Source: Cenococcum geophilum (Eukaryota). From it: 64,000 nt of DNA. Position numbers and translations under genes: made by a program. The notes beneath the pieces are model-generated. The model made no database searches and was not told the origin of the DNA. It saw only the letters and a list, made by a program, of their open reading frames with translations. Positions 24,558 to 36,844 of the stretch are shown piece after piece. Position 1 is the stretch's first letter; every line of letters begins with the position of its first letter. The stretch spans positions 1,736,001-1,800,000 of the forward strand of contig CP158635.1 in NCBI GenBank assembly GCA_050273025.1. The letters are read 5' to 3'.

Positions 24558-27040
24558 ATGGCGAATGGCAAACAGCAGAACGCCGTCCCCTCGCCCCGAA
24601 TCCACCAGCTAAGTATCCAGAAAGTTTTCGACGGTTTGTCGCAGAACGAAAGGCTTTATGCTCATCATATGTCGCGGTACGAGATGCTTTCGTTTGTTCA
24701 ACACTGATTGAATCCCGATTTCCCTGACTCTTCCCAGGGCCGCTTGGCATGGCACGAGGATCATACTCCGGCAGGTTTCTCCAGAATCACTAGGCATATA
24801 TGACTTTATTATGGAGCTCTACACTTGCTGTGCGGGGGACTGGAAAAGTGTGGCTAATGAAGTTCAAATAACGTCAAATGAGCTCTACGCCTTCCTCGAA
24901 TATGCTGCCACATTTTTATCTAATATTGGGAATTATTACGTCCGTATATTAAGGTCTCGGCTTCACTATAGACAGGTTAGACTGATGTTTCACAGGGCTC
25001 TGGCGACCAAAAATTTGTTCCTAACTTGAACATAGAATCTTTGAAGAAGCTAGCTACCAAATCCCCCAAACTGAAGGCGCTTTACGATGAAATTGCTGAA
25101 CCAATGTTGTCCACTCCACCGTTCAGCCTGGGCTACCCCGGAGATCTTGCGCAAAGTGCCTACTACCCCGGCCCTTGCATCATTAGCAAAGATGAGATTG
25201 CCCTCGTATCCCAGGCATTAGAAGGGCGCTTGGTATTCCCAGAGAACACACGTATTCGAAGGGTGGAATCAGCCGGAACGACCTTCGAGGTCCTCCAAGC
25301 CTCGGTTGAGAAAGATGAGATCTCTCAAGAATTTCCTTTGCCAGATTCCAAAGGTATTGTGCGGATGCACCGCGGAGATCATTCCCAAGAGCTGGCACGG
25401 ATCTGCTCCTCTCTTGCTGCAGCATCAAATTATGCGGCGAATGAAACTCAAAGAGAGTTCCTTGCTCAGTACATCGAAAGCTTCCAAACCGGAAGCTTGC
25501 ATGCCTATCGTGACTCGCAACGCACCTGGATTAGGGATAAGGCACCACGGGTTGAGAACATTTTCGGCTTTGTAGAGCCCTACAGAGATCCGCATGGTAC
25601 TAGAGCGGAGTTCGAGGGCTTGGTTGCCATATCAGACACCGAGGAGACAAAAGCTTTGACGAAATTGGTAGAAAACTCTGCAACCTTCATTAAAAAGCTC
25701 CCATGGGCGGAAGGTACTAAGGAGAATGATGAGAAAGGGCCCTTTGAAAAGGCGCTGTTTGAGCCTCCTGACTTCGCGAGTATCCATAGTACGTATGATC
25801 CCGTGCGATTTGATTTTTCGGCTGATTAGAATAAAGCGTTGGCGTATTGCTCTAGTATCATCTTTCCGGGCATTAATCTGCCAAATGTGGGCATTCATCA
25901 TCCAGCAAATCAAGGTAATATAATTGACTTAATAATAGTACAACGACATCCGCCAAGAATGCGGCTTCAAAAACGTAATAATCTCCAATCGCATGAGCGC
26001 CGAAAGCAAAAAAGGAGATGTTTGTCCATTCATTGACGAGTCTGAAGCCGAAACCTTCCAAAAACACAAGTACCCTGCCTACTACTGGTGGGTTGTCCTC
26101 CATGAGCTCTTAGGTCATGGCACCGGTAAAATGATGGTTCAAGAGAGTGAGCACAAGTACAACTTCGACATCAGTAACCCTCCTATTAATCCCCTCACGG
26201 GGGAACCCATCAAGTCATACTATGCACCTGGACAGACTTGGACTGGTCAATTTGGAGATCTAGCAACTACTGTTGACGAGTGCAGGGCCGAGCTCGTAGG
26301 CGCGTATTTGATGGATGATGAAGACTTGCTCGAGCTGTTTGGATACACCGACGGTTCGGATATTACTGCCGAAGACCGTGAGTCCTTCAGGACCCCTTAG
26401 TAATGAGACTCCGTTGTACTAAGCCAAAGTCAGTCACATATAATGTGTATCTCCAATTGGGAGTAGACGGACTTCGAGGGTTGCAGAACTTCAATATCGA
26501 CGACGGCGTGAGACCCCCGTTTCACCACTTGTTGAGATGCAGAGACTAACATTTCACGGCCATAGAAATGGGGACAAGCACATAGCAGGGTTTGTGGCCA
26601 CGTCGTGTGGTGCGTTGTAGCCTTGATTTTAGAGAGCTGACTAAGGTCAATAGGCACACTTTGCAATGCTCAAGTGCCTTCTCACAGATGGCGGCGGTTT
26701 CATGACCATCGAATGCAGCCCTTCCGAACAGAGACTTCTCGTGCGCGTCGACCGTTCCAAGGTGGTCACTCATGGGAAGCCAGCACTAGGCAGTATGCTC
26801 CTGAGGTTACACATGTATCGATGCACCGCTGATGTCACTGAATGTCGGAAATATTATGAAGAGCTATCAAGAGTAGATGGCGAATATCTTGAGTGGCGGA
26901 AGATTGTTCTTGCCAAGAACCAGCCGAAGTGGGTGTTCGTTCAGGCTAACACATTCCTTGATGGAGACGAAGTAACCCTAAAAGAGTATGAGCCAACCAT
27001 TGAAGGTGTGGTCCAAAGTTGGGCAGAGCGAGAGGTCTGA
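24558..27040 (+). CDS. DPP3: Dipeptidyl peptidase III (peptidase family M49), multi-exon
   Basis: Starts MANGKQQNAVPSPRIHQLSIQKVFDGLSQNERLYAHHMSR. Contains GFVEPYRDPHG, the zinc motif HELLGH, DECRAE, and a C-terminal FVQANT..SWAER. GT-AG introns join the track ORFs. Confidence 0.92.
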
Positions 27041-27062
27041 TGAGGACATCGCTATTATGAAT

Positions 27063-28330
27063 TTATGCCTGTTGAGCGATTTGAACAATCTGCAGTACGA
27101 CCTGAAGAAACGCTAGAATGATGCCCAAGCCACCAATGATGATCACAGCCCAGAAAGTGAGCCATGACGCCGAGTCACGCTTGTCCTGCCAGAGCGCCCT
27201 CCAGGTCCGCGGCTTTTTGTTTTCCAAATGGCGGTGCAAAATAGCGAGTTTGCTCCTGAGAATGGGGAAGTCACAAGAGAGGTCATAGCTCTCTCGCTCG
27301 GGAACCACCACGGCTGCTTGATAGTGTTTCCGACCGCAAAGCAGCGTGAGAAGATTGTCTCTGCCTTCTTCCGGGATGCCTTCAAATGGTCTGAGCCTCC
27401 GGAATAGTTTACGCGCGGCCTTTTTCTGTCCGAATAAGAGGCGGTAGGAGAGAATTGTCTCATGCAGCATCTGGGTGACCTCATCCGTTGTTGCCCATTG
27501 CCTTGCGCCGGCGTATGGAGCTGCACATGCGTGGATGACGCTCCTACCAGGAGATGAGTGTTCCCCAGGCGGTAAATTCGCTGCACAGAACGATGGGTAT
27601 CGGAAGAGAAAGAGTGTGCTTGAGTGCGGATCAAACTCCAAATGGCAGGCCAGGCTGTCCACCCACTCAATGTTGATTCCCGCAATAGAAGTGAGAAGGT
27701 GAGCATTGAATGATGCCGCCGCGGCGGTCTTCACCTCATTAAACGCCATCTTATCCTCTGAAGACTGGGGTGCGTTGAAATTACGCGGAGGCAGCAGCAC
27801 CCCAAATCCCAAAAGAAATTCGTGCATGCGCTTTTTGCAGGTTGAGAGACTTTGCTTTGGGCACAGGTAAGCCTGACCTTGATGGGTACCCATGTCACTC
27901 CCAATAGCAAACTGTGTAGAAGGACAAGAGTGCATATCGGGCCGGTATAACATAGTCTGCCAACCTATTATGGCAAATACGAGGTTCTTAGTAATGATAA
28001 GAGCTTCGGGTTTGTTTGCTGAATGTAACATATTGCCTTCAACTAGGTGTGCGCTGAGCTCGTCAATACTGACTGAGTCATTTGTTGTTATGTATCGTGA
28101 AATCTCTTGCCCAAGGACAGCAATTGAGTTTGTCCATTGTTCATTCGACTTAGGAGTGTAACCTGGTAGGACCGAGAACAGCTCCGTGGGTTGTTTCCGA
28201 ACTTGGTAGCGAACCCACCAGTCATACCATTGTACGTGAAGGAAATCGCCGGCGGCTGGCCAATCATGCCAGGAGCAGGGTGAAATGGAGGTTGAGTCGA
28301 GGATCCTGAGTGTAGAAGCAGCGCTCAGGT
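27063..28330 (-). CDS. Uncharacterised fungal protein with one C-terminal transmembrane helix (5' exon unresolved)
   Basis: The 322-aa ORF stays open about 100 codons upstream to an acceptor near 28331 (branch point GCTAAC). Motifs IEWVDSLACHLEFD..LFLFRYPSFC and LWQDKRDSASWLTFWAVIIIGGLGIILAFLQV. Confidence 0.8.
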
Positions 28331-29122
28331 CTAGAATTCAGTTAGCATTAATCTCGCAATATCGTGGGCTTGAGAGTGGAGTATCCGGCCTGTACGAGAG
28401 CCTTGACGAAGAACAGGCGCACGATATACATACTAGTAGCTCTTCGTTCGCTCTCCATAAACGGACTAGATGTAACTACGACGTTGAGGCAGAGTCTGTA
28501 GGGAAGGATTTTGTCCTGGCCGGGCTTCGTTCAAATCATTTACGCAGTAGTGATACTGACGACAACATGATCCAGGCGAAGGACATGTTTTGTATCAAAG
28601 GGCAGTGCACTCGCACGACCCGAAGCTCGAGGCAGGTTTCAACGTAGCGTCTGGAGCTCCCAGCAGCTCGCGGTTCAGCATCCTGGTTGATTCACGAGGT
28701 CAAGGGCGCTTGGATAGGGGCCTCGGTTTATATCCAGTTGGGGTTGTGCAACGGCCAAGCCCTGCTCCATTCCCTAACTTGCCTGTCCTGTGCGTTCCCG
28801 CTTCCGTGCCGCCCCCAGCTAAGTAGTCGATTCAAAGCACTGAAGCGTGTTACAGAAATGTCGACCCCAGCGATTCGAAGCACATTGCGACATCACACAG
28901 GGAGGGACACCGTTCGTCTACCTGAAGGCCCCCATCTCTTCGGTTTGCGCGTTCTAAATTTATCCTAGAACCGTGCCGCATCGGCTGCGCCGCAAAAGGT
29001 AGGTTATAATGCGGGGGCAAACCTTGCCCGCGAGACTCTTTACCTATCTACTTCACCGAAATGACGAAAGGCGATCCTAAGTGCGTTGATCAAATTGTCA
29101 AAGAGAAATTCTCTATTTGCTA

Positions 29123-32100
29123 ATGGATAATAGGGGGAGAAGGGCAGCTAGCCCACTATGGCACAAAGCCCTAGAGCGCTATCGAGAGGAGCTTGAAGAG
29201 AATGACGACTACCAGGATATCATTGAGGTAGAGTCTCTTGAGGACCTGCTCAATCACGCCAAAACCATCGAGTCTCTTCTCCCTCAGGAAAGGACGGCTC
29301 TGAATTCGATGAATCGACTTGGTCCAAAGTTAAAATTCGTGGACGATTTCTCGGCCATTATTGCTCTCTATTTCGGAGCAGATGCCAAGCTCACAGCACT
29401 AGTCTGGGGCAGCATTCGGCTTATGCTGACTCTTGCATCCTCCGCTGGAGACACACTCCAAGATGTCCTAGATATGCTCGAAGAGCTCAGCCTTACGCTA
29501 CCAAGGTTCAAAACATATGAGAATACCCTTCCAATGAACAGAGCTCTTGAAGCCGCTCTCCTCGACGTGTACACAGAAGTGATATGCTTTTATGCTCGTG
29601 CTATACACTTCTTCCGCGCTCATCCTCATGTCCTATTACGCCGAGGGGCCTGGGAAGAATTCCGCAAAGATTTTGGCCAGACGGTTCGTCGTATTAAACG
29701 AATGTCCTCCACAGTCGAGGGCGAAGCCGACCTTGCCCGGATGAGGATCGATGAGGTCAAATATAAAGAAGTCTTGGATGTCATGGAGGCGCTCAAGAAA
29801 AGTAAGATTCAGGATGATGAGGCGATCAAATGCCATCATATTCCGTTTGAACTTAACCCGAGATTCTGGGGTCGTGAGAAGGCCTTACAAGCCATCAAAG
29901 AAGCTCTGGACCGTGAAGAGAGCTTTGGATCCCTAAAAGCGTTTGCTCTCTATGGCATGGGCGGCGTCGGAAAAACTCAGATTGCATTACAGTATGCCAA
30001 TCGAAATCGTGACCAGTACGATGTAATCTTATGGGTTGCCGCCGACAACACTATCAGCATGGGGCAAAGTTTTCGAGATATTGCGCGCAATCTAGGACTT
30101 GTCAAGAGTGACGAAGAAATCCAGGATGCTGTTGCCGCAATTCTGAAGGTCAAGAGTTGGTTTACAGAAACTCGTAAGTTACAATATTGGTTACTAATAC
30201 TGTTTAATTCATGTCTTGTCCATGAAACCATTCTTCGCTAGGATTGGGGATTGTTTAAGATGTTCGAACATTAACATTTTAAGGTTCCTCCTGGCTGCTG
30301 ATCTTCGACAACGCCGACAATCTCGAAATCCTTCGTGCTGCATGGCCCGTAAATGCTCATGGATCAGTCCTAATCACAACACGTGATTTTAATGCTTCTC
30401 ATACTCTAGCTCCCGCTGGATTTCATGTGCAGCCTTTTGATGATGATACTGGATCTGACGTACTACTCCACATGGTCGGGCTGGACAGTAAACTGCCATC
30501 AAACCAGGAGAAAGCGAAGGGAATCACGCGTGCTCTAGGGGGCCTCCCTCTTGCTCTCAATCAAATAGGCGGGTTTATATCTCAGCGAAAACTTCCTTTA
30601 CAAGATTTTCTTCCGCTCTATGAGCGCAATTCGGCCAAGATTGACTCCAGGAAGACAGGCCTCGGCGAATATGACCACACGCTAAGCACTGTATGGGAAA
30701 TGTCATTAAGCAAGCTCTCTGGTAATCCTTGCAGGCTGCTTAACCTATTAGTATTCTTTGAGCCAGACTCTATCCACGAACTAGTTCTGACCGAAGGATC
30801 GAAGCTCCTAGACGACGAGGAATTCGAGTTTATGCATGATGAAATGGAGTAAGCTATGTTCTTCCTAGACAAATTTCCCCAGAGAGCTAATACAACTAGT
30901 CTTGGTGATGCGGAAGAGGTTCTTCTCCAGGCCGCTTTGATAGACAAAAGCATTGAAGATGCCATCCTATCAATCCACCGACTTATCCAAGCAGCCCTCA
31001 TACGTAGGCTCAACAAAGATGATCAAAGCAAGTATTTCGACGTTGTCGTTCGTATCCTAAGCTGGGGGTTTCCAGATACTTGGAGTGAAGACATCGGACA
31101 CCAGTTCCAATTTTGGAAGAAATGCGAGAAATGCCTTCCTCACGTCGATCACCTGGTCAAACAAGCAAAGCGACACAGAATCCGATCCCAGAATGTGCAG
31201 CTTTATGGAGAGCTTCTCCTACGATGCAGCTGGTAAATGGGAACCGCACGGAGTATTGCCTCATCCAAATCGCTGACAACAACAGGTATCTCTATGAACG
31301 GGAATGGTACGACGTGGCAAGAAATCTCGTGGATGTAGCTCTTGAAGCGTTTGAAGACAAAGCAACTCTCGCATTTGCCAGTGCGACTGATCTCTCTGGC
31401 CTGATCGACCTGGACATGAATAATCCGGCTAAGGCTTTGATACCATTCGACAGCGCGCTCAGTGTCCGTCAAGGAAGGCTGAGCCCTGACGACCCACTTA
31501 TCGCCTCCAGCCTCAATAACATAGCATTAGCCTACACGGAGATGGAAGAGCTAGACAAAGCTTATGCCACCCATCAAAGAGCGATCGATATCCGTCTCCG
31601 TACGCAGAGCGATCGCATCGGGAATTCTTACAGCAACATGTCCAGTCTACTTCTGCGAATGGGAAAGCCAGAAGAAGCGGAAGAGATGCTAAAACGATGC
31701 CCCTCGCTCAAGAACTTTACGGATGAGACGTTTCTGCAGACCGGAAACCCTCGATTTTCTGGTGATATGGTCTTGCTATCCCGTATCCGCCTCAGCCAAG
31801 GTTGTCTTGATGATGCTATGCGCCTAGCCTCCAAGGCGCTCACATTCCGCCAGAACTTACTCGGCAATCGCTTAAAGACGTGTGATTCCTTGTACGATGT
31901 GGCAGGCCTACTATACCGGCAGGGAAACTTTGCTTCCGCTATGTAAGTCAATCAGAACTCCTATCGATGCTCTGCAAACATAGGTGGCTTACTTCAAATA
32001 GTGAACTCCTCACGCAACTGGTTGCAATTTCCGAAACATTGAATGAGGGAGAGGGACAGCTCGCACGAGCCAAGTACAGGCTCGCTATTCTTTATTCCGA

Positions 32101-32236
32101 GAAAGGGATGGCAGCAGAGAGCGAAAGCTGCAAAGCACAAGCTATAGAGCTGAGGGGAAAGTTACGACCAGAAGCTAAGGATGCACCATTTGAAGAAAAA
32201 GAGTTTATGAAATTGTGTCTTTGGATGTTGTGGTAA
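29123..32236 (+). CDS. Fungal NLR-like STAND protein: helical N-terminal domain, NB-ARC, TPR repeats
   Basis: N-terminal LWHKALERY...LVWGSIRLML. P-loop GMGGVGKT, Walker B WLLIFDNAD, GSVLITTR, GLPLAL, SIHRLIQ. TPR-like IASSLNNIALAY. Four GT-AG introns. Confidence 0.92.
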
Positions 32237-33200
32237 AAATCTATTATTAAGACTACTAACTCATTTCGAGTTCCAATTGTTGTGCGGACGGAGCTAAGAC
32301 GGGGAAGAACAGATCGAGGCTTTTAAGAAGCAGGCCGTGCCTAGTTAGATCATGAATGACTTCTGATACTGTTAGATGCAATACCAAAAAACCCTGATAT
32401 GAAGAAGAAAAAAAGTAGTTCATCAACTTCATACATGGTAATTAGGTTGGCCCCAAACACTCCAGCTGAAGAATATTCGTTTAAAATACCACGGTTTACG
32501 AGAGATTCGTGAAACTATTAATGCTCCCATCTAATCACTAAGGTTGCGTCCGTGTTTCCACATTATTGCACCAGATAATATTTCGGAAACTCGCCTTCCG
32601 TATATTCGGTTGTACCAGCATCATAACTCAGATGCTCAAGAATGAGAATGCCATTGAAAATGATTACGCCGAGCGACGTAACTGGGCCTCGTAATCTTAC
32701 AAGAAATGAGCGGCTTGCATTTCCATCCTTGGAAGCCACCATAATTGGTAAACTGCACAACCCCAACTAGTCATTCATGGACACGATTACAATGTCTGAA
32801 TAGAGCTTCAACGTCTATAGCCGCATCAAATTCCATTACAGCATGCTTTCCTCTTCAAAGCCCTTCAGATAAAGAGAAACATATACTTCCAGTCGTCTTT
32901 TCAGTTTAAGTTTTGAACGTTTGGCACATAATTAGTCTAAATCCAATAATATTGTCGCAGCCAACTCTGAGTGTGAGTCAACACAGCCGGAACAATCATG
33001 AGAAAGACAGTGACGAGGCCAGCCATGCCAATTGAAATGACTCGAATCACAAAACTAACCCATCCGACCATTCGCACGGCGTAAGAGCCACGGATTCTGC
33101 ACCTGAGGCTTCTCTACAAGGCATACTTTAACAAGGCTTAACGGCGCGGCCATAGTTATAAATCTCGCATTGCTCAAGATAACAAGTAGCTTGTCTTCTG

Positions 33201-33557
33201 CAGTGATGGCAATAATCAGTTAGTTACGATTATGTTGTATTATGTAGGAACATAACCAACCTAATCATAATCGCACCTACTAGTTATGTTACGTAGATAT
33301 AACTATATAATCAACTGCGGAAATAGCGGGAATAAAAAGAGGGAGAGTTACAGCTCTAGGGGGGAGCTCCGGGTAAACTCTGGGGCAAGTATATTATCTA
33401 CACGTGATAACTCACGTGTAGATAACATCACGTGGAGGCCCGTGCCTGAAAGACGTAATCAATATAACTATATAATCAAATCAGAATCACTTTCTTTGAT
33501 TATATAATAATCGGAATCATGGGGCTGATTATGGTTATATAGTTATTGCCATCACTG
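33201..33557. mobile_element. hAT-type MITE
   Basis: TIR CAGTGATGGCAATAA / TTATTGCCATCACTG. 8-bp TSD GTCTTCTG. Confidence 0.93.
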
Positions 33558-34114
33558 GTCTTCTGTAAAGCTTTCTGTATCCGTCTCTTAGCTTCTCTCC
33601 GCAGCACTGTCAAGCGCGTCTCTGTTTTGCTTTAATTATGGAGTGAGTGCGTACAAGGACAGAAACCACCTTAGATACTGCATTTGCGAGTCTCCGCCAG
33701 TCGCCCTGTGTCGACCCCAACTGGGCACCAAAAGAACCGGCCCTATTGGCAGCGCCAATTAGGACAATATATAGCCTCAAGTTCCGGCTGACACCCTACA
33801 ATATTGTTAATATCACGATGCCGCCATTGCCGAAGATTCCAATAAAGCCGCAATTAACGTGTCCCAATGACGCTGCGACCGTTTACAGACTTCGCGTGGA
33901 CAGACTAGTTTACCCTGCTATTACTTTTTGGGAGGTTCTAGGCGAGACGCTAGCGCTCGAATTAGCCCGCCAAGTCGGTCGTCGTGATGCCAGCCGTGGT
34001 ATTGTAGGGCGCAAAGCCTGGCTTCGCGTCCGGGGCCTGGTAGCTGGCGAAACGAAGGCGCTGAGGGGGGTACGTCAAAATGTTTTCAGGCTAGGCGTTA
34101 GACAATGACTCTTA

Positions 34115-34299
34115 CACCGTCTCTTTGCATCTCGTTGTAAGTGGGTGTTAGATCGCGTTAGTTAAACGGTGCGAATTTCTACCTTATCTCTCTAGGACTA
34201 TACCTTAAGAAGGTAGAAATGCGCCGAAGTGACGGCGCTCATCAATAGGTGGGAACCTGCACCGTTTGATCGGTAAGATCAATATGCAAAGAGACGGTG
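34115..34299. mobile_element. Tc1/mariner-type MITE
   Basis: TIR CACCGTCTCTTTGCAT / ATGCAAAGAGACGGTG, flanked by TA. Confidence 0.85.
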
Positions 34300-34843
34300 T
34301 ACATGCAAGACATAGGCCATGCTAGAGGTTCCGCAAGGACTTTCCTAATTAATGCCTAGCGTTTCTTCGCAGCCTTGCTTGTCTTAATTTCAGTTTAGCT
34401 CTATATTCACGTTAGGAATTGCTGGAAGGAAATAGTAACTGAGCACGCAGTCTTACAAACATATTGAACAAACTCAATTTCTACCTTTGGATCAGAGCCG
34501 TAGTCGATTTTTGCTGAGATGTACCAATGGTAGAAAATGCATTGTCCCTAAAGGAACAACAAGATACCACAATCGTAATGCCTTTCTGGTACGAGGTACG
34601 GTAAGAATACCTGGCGCTTCGACTTCACGGTTTTACCACTGGACCATTAATCCGTTTTTGAGTGACGGATCTTACCCCTCGCCTTGCTGGAATAGCTTTC
34701 TCCCATCACTCTCCTTTCTAGCTGTTCCTCTAGTTCCTCCCTTATACGCTTCGCGTAAGGTAATTCAAGGCCAATGCTCAGGTGAGTGGGGAGATCTTTG
34801 AGGCCCTTCAACTTGTCCAGGGGCTGCAGAATCTGCTGATAAT

Positions 34844-35625
34844 CAGTGATGTCAGCGGTTAGGTTAGGTTACAAAAATGAGGCCAAAACCGATCCAAAAT
34901 TCGGATTTAGGCTACTAACCGGTTATGTAACCGGTTAAACCAGATCAACCGGATAAAATATATAGATTTTGGAGTAATATAGTGTATAAAGCGGTAAAGG
35001 TGCTTAAGGAAGGTACGGAGGAGTTGTATAAAGTAATGAAATAGTATATAGAGATTCTATAAAGCTTGCAGGACGTCAGCAGTGATATTAGCGATTAATG
35101 AGCAAATTAGAACATCGTACTTACTATCGCGAGTCTTGGCACGGTGTTAAACGACAATTAGTCGTTAATTATAAAACAATAAGGGCAGTATATGGGCAGT
35201 AATAAGGGTAACGCGATGAGGGCAGTAATAAGGGTAGTAATAATAAAGGCGACGCGTTATGGGCGACGTGATATAGGCGACGCGATGGGGATAACGCGGT
35301 TAGGAATAACCACCTTAACTTCATCAACTCTATTAAATTAACTACATCTAATCGATCTGATCATCTATAAAGCCTCAAACGGATTAACTCGGGCGTTGCT
35401 ACACGGCAATTTTAAGCCAATAGACGAGGCTTGGCTCCCTTAGGTGACGTTCGCCCTTACCCAAATCCTTACCACTAAGGCCTTACTGGTTCCTGGTTAC
35501 CTGGTTATCGCTAAAGCTTCAGAACCGATCCAGATTAAGCCAATAAAATCGTCTAACCGGTTAGGCTTTAAATTTTGGTATAACCGAACCGATCCAATAA
35601 AGTAACCTAACCAGTGACATCACTG
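34844..35625. mobile_element. Non-autonomous hAT element
   Basis: TIR CAGTGATGTCA..GGTTAGGTTA / TAACCTAACCAGTGACATCACTG. 8-bp TSD CTGATAAT. Subterminal AACCG/CGGTT repeats. Confidence 0.93.
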
Positions 35626-35645
35626 CTGATAATCTCCCCACATAT

Positions 35646-36844
35646 CTACATCTGACTGTTTGTAGGGCAGAACAAGACTGGCCTCCAAGTAAGACCAGTT
35701 CCTCTGGTCGTATGTAGAAGGAATTCTGGCTGAAATAGGTGCGTCGGGCTTCCTTCCTTATTTTTTACTAACGGCAAAAGATGCGTGGGCGTCCAGCAGG
35801 TACATAGAGCAGAAGACGCAGCATGGAATGTGGAACAACAGCACGCTTCATGACTGTCTAAGCAAGCGCCACAGCCAGCCTTGGCGGAGCACCAGGTATA
35901 CCTGAACTTGGGATCGTGTTGCGGGAGGTAGTACACAGGATTAGGAAGATTAAGGTAAGAAGACTCCAGAACCTGCAACTGTAATTTATCCGGCAGATCC
36001 GTAAATCTAAAGGAAGACCCCGGAAATAATTTAGTCGTCTCTAAGTTAAGGTGGGGGGCTAATTGTTGGAGGTCTGCCTTTGTTGGATCATCCGCAAGCC
36101 TGATGGCGCACTCTTTGAGCGGAGGCACCCTCATAAGCGGTTCGACAAGATCGTTTGCTGTCTTGACATCATTTGCGGTCTCAACATCATTTGCGTTGCA
36201 TACAAAAGTCAGGGTCAACCCAGAAGGTTGCATGTTGAGTGCAAGATGTCTGGCGGCGGACCTCCATTCTTCGATGATCGATCCATCATATCGATTAAGC
36301 GGACGGGCACAAAAGACGACTCTCTGACCGCAAGGATGCCAACTCTCACGTGGGCTATGTGGCATATCATCAAGCTAGATCGAAAGGAAAGTTAGATGAG
36401 CAATAGCTTTCGGATTCAACTTCTCCAACGCCAGGAGGCCATTGTACAGACTCCTACGAATCATGGGTTTGTTCTTCGAGTAAAATATAGCTAAAACCTT
36501 GTCGGAGATAGCACGGGAGACGTATAATAACTGAAGTGGTAGGCTAAGAGGAATACCCAACAGTAGTAAGCTTGTTGGACATAGACAGTGTCCTCATTGT
36601 GTATGTGTTTCCAGTAGAAGCACGGATAAGCGTCTTGCTGGCTGATTCAATAACCTATCAGGGAAATAAAGCTGCAGATAGTTTTCTCTGCTTCCGCCTT
36701 CGAGATTGAGATTGATGGGGCAGCTGCGGAGAAGACCTGCAAGGTCGTAGATACGGTCTCACGTGGTACGGCAGGTTGAGGAAGGAAAGTCCAGGAGGAG
36801 AGTTCGTCTAAACTGAAGTATTCATGAAGACTTTGTTGCTTCAT
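35646..36844 (-). pseudogene. Eroded gene for an F-box-like/hypothetical protein
   Basis: Protein-like fragments in different frames (LPLQLLYVSRAISDKVLAIFYSKN; FRFTDLPDKLQLQVLE; Cys-rich CCCSTFHAASS) separated by stops and frameshifts. Truncated next to the hAT element. Confidence 0.6.

Noticed and set aside
33647..34108. 153-aa ORF or solo LTR (TGTCGAC...TTAGACA)
   Set aside because: No recognisable protein motifs and no matching TSD; left unclassified.
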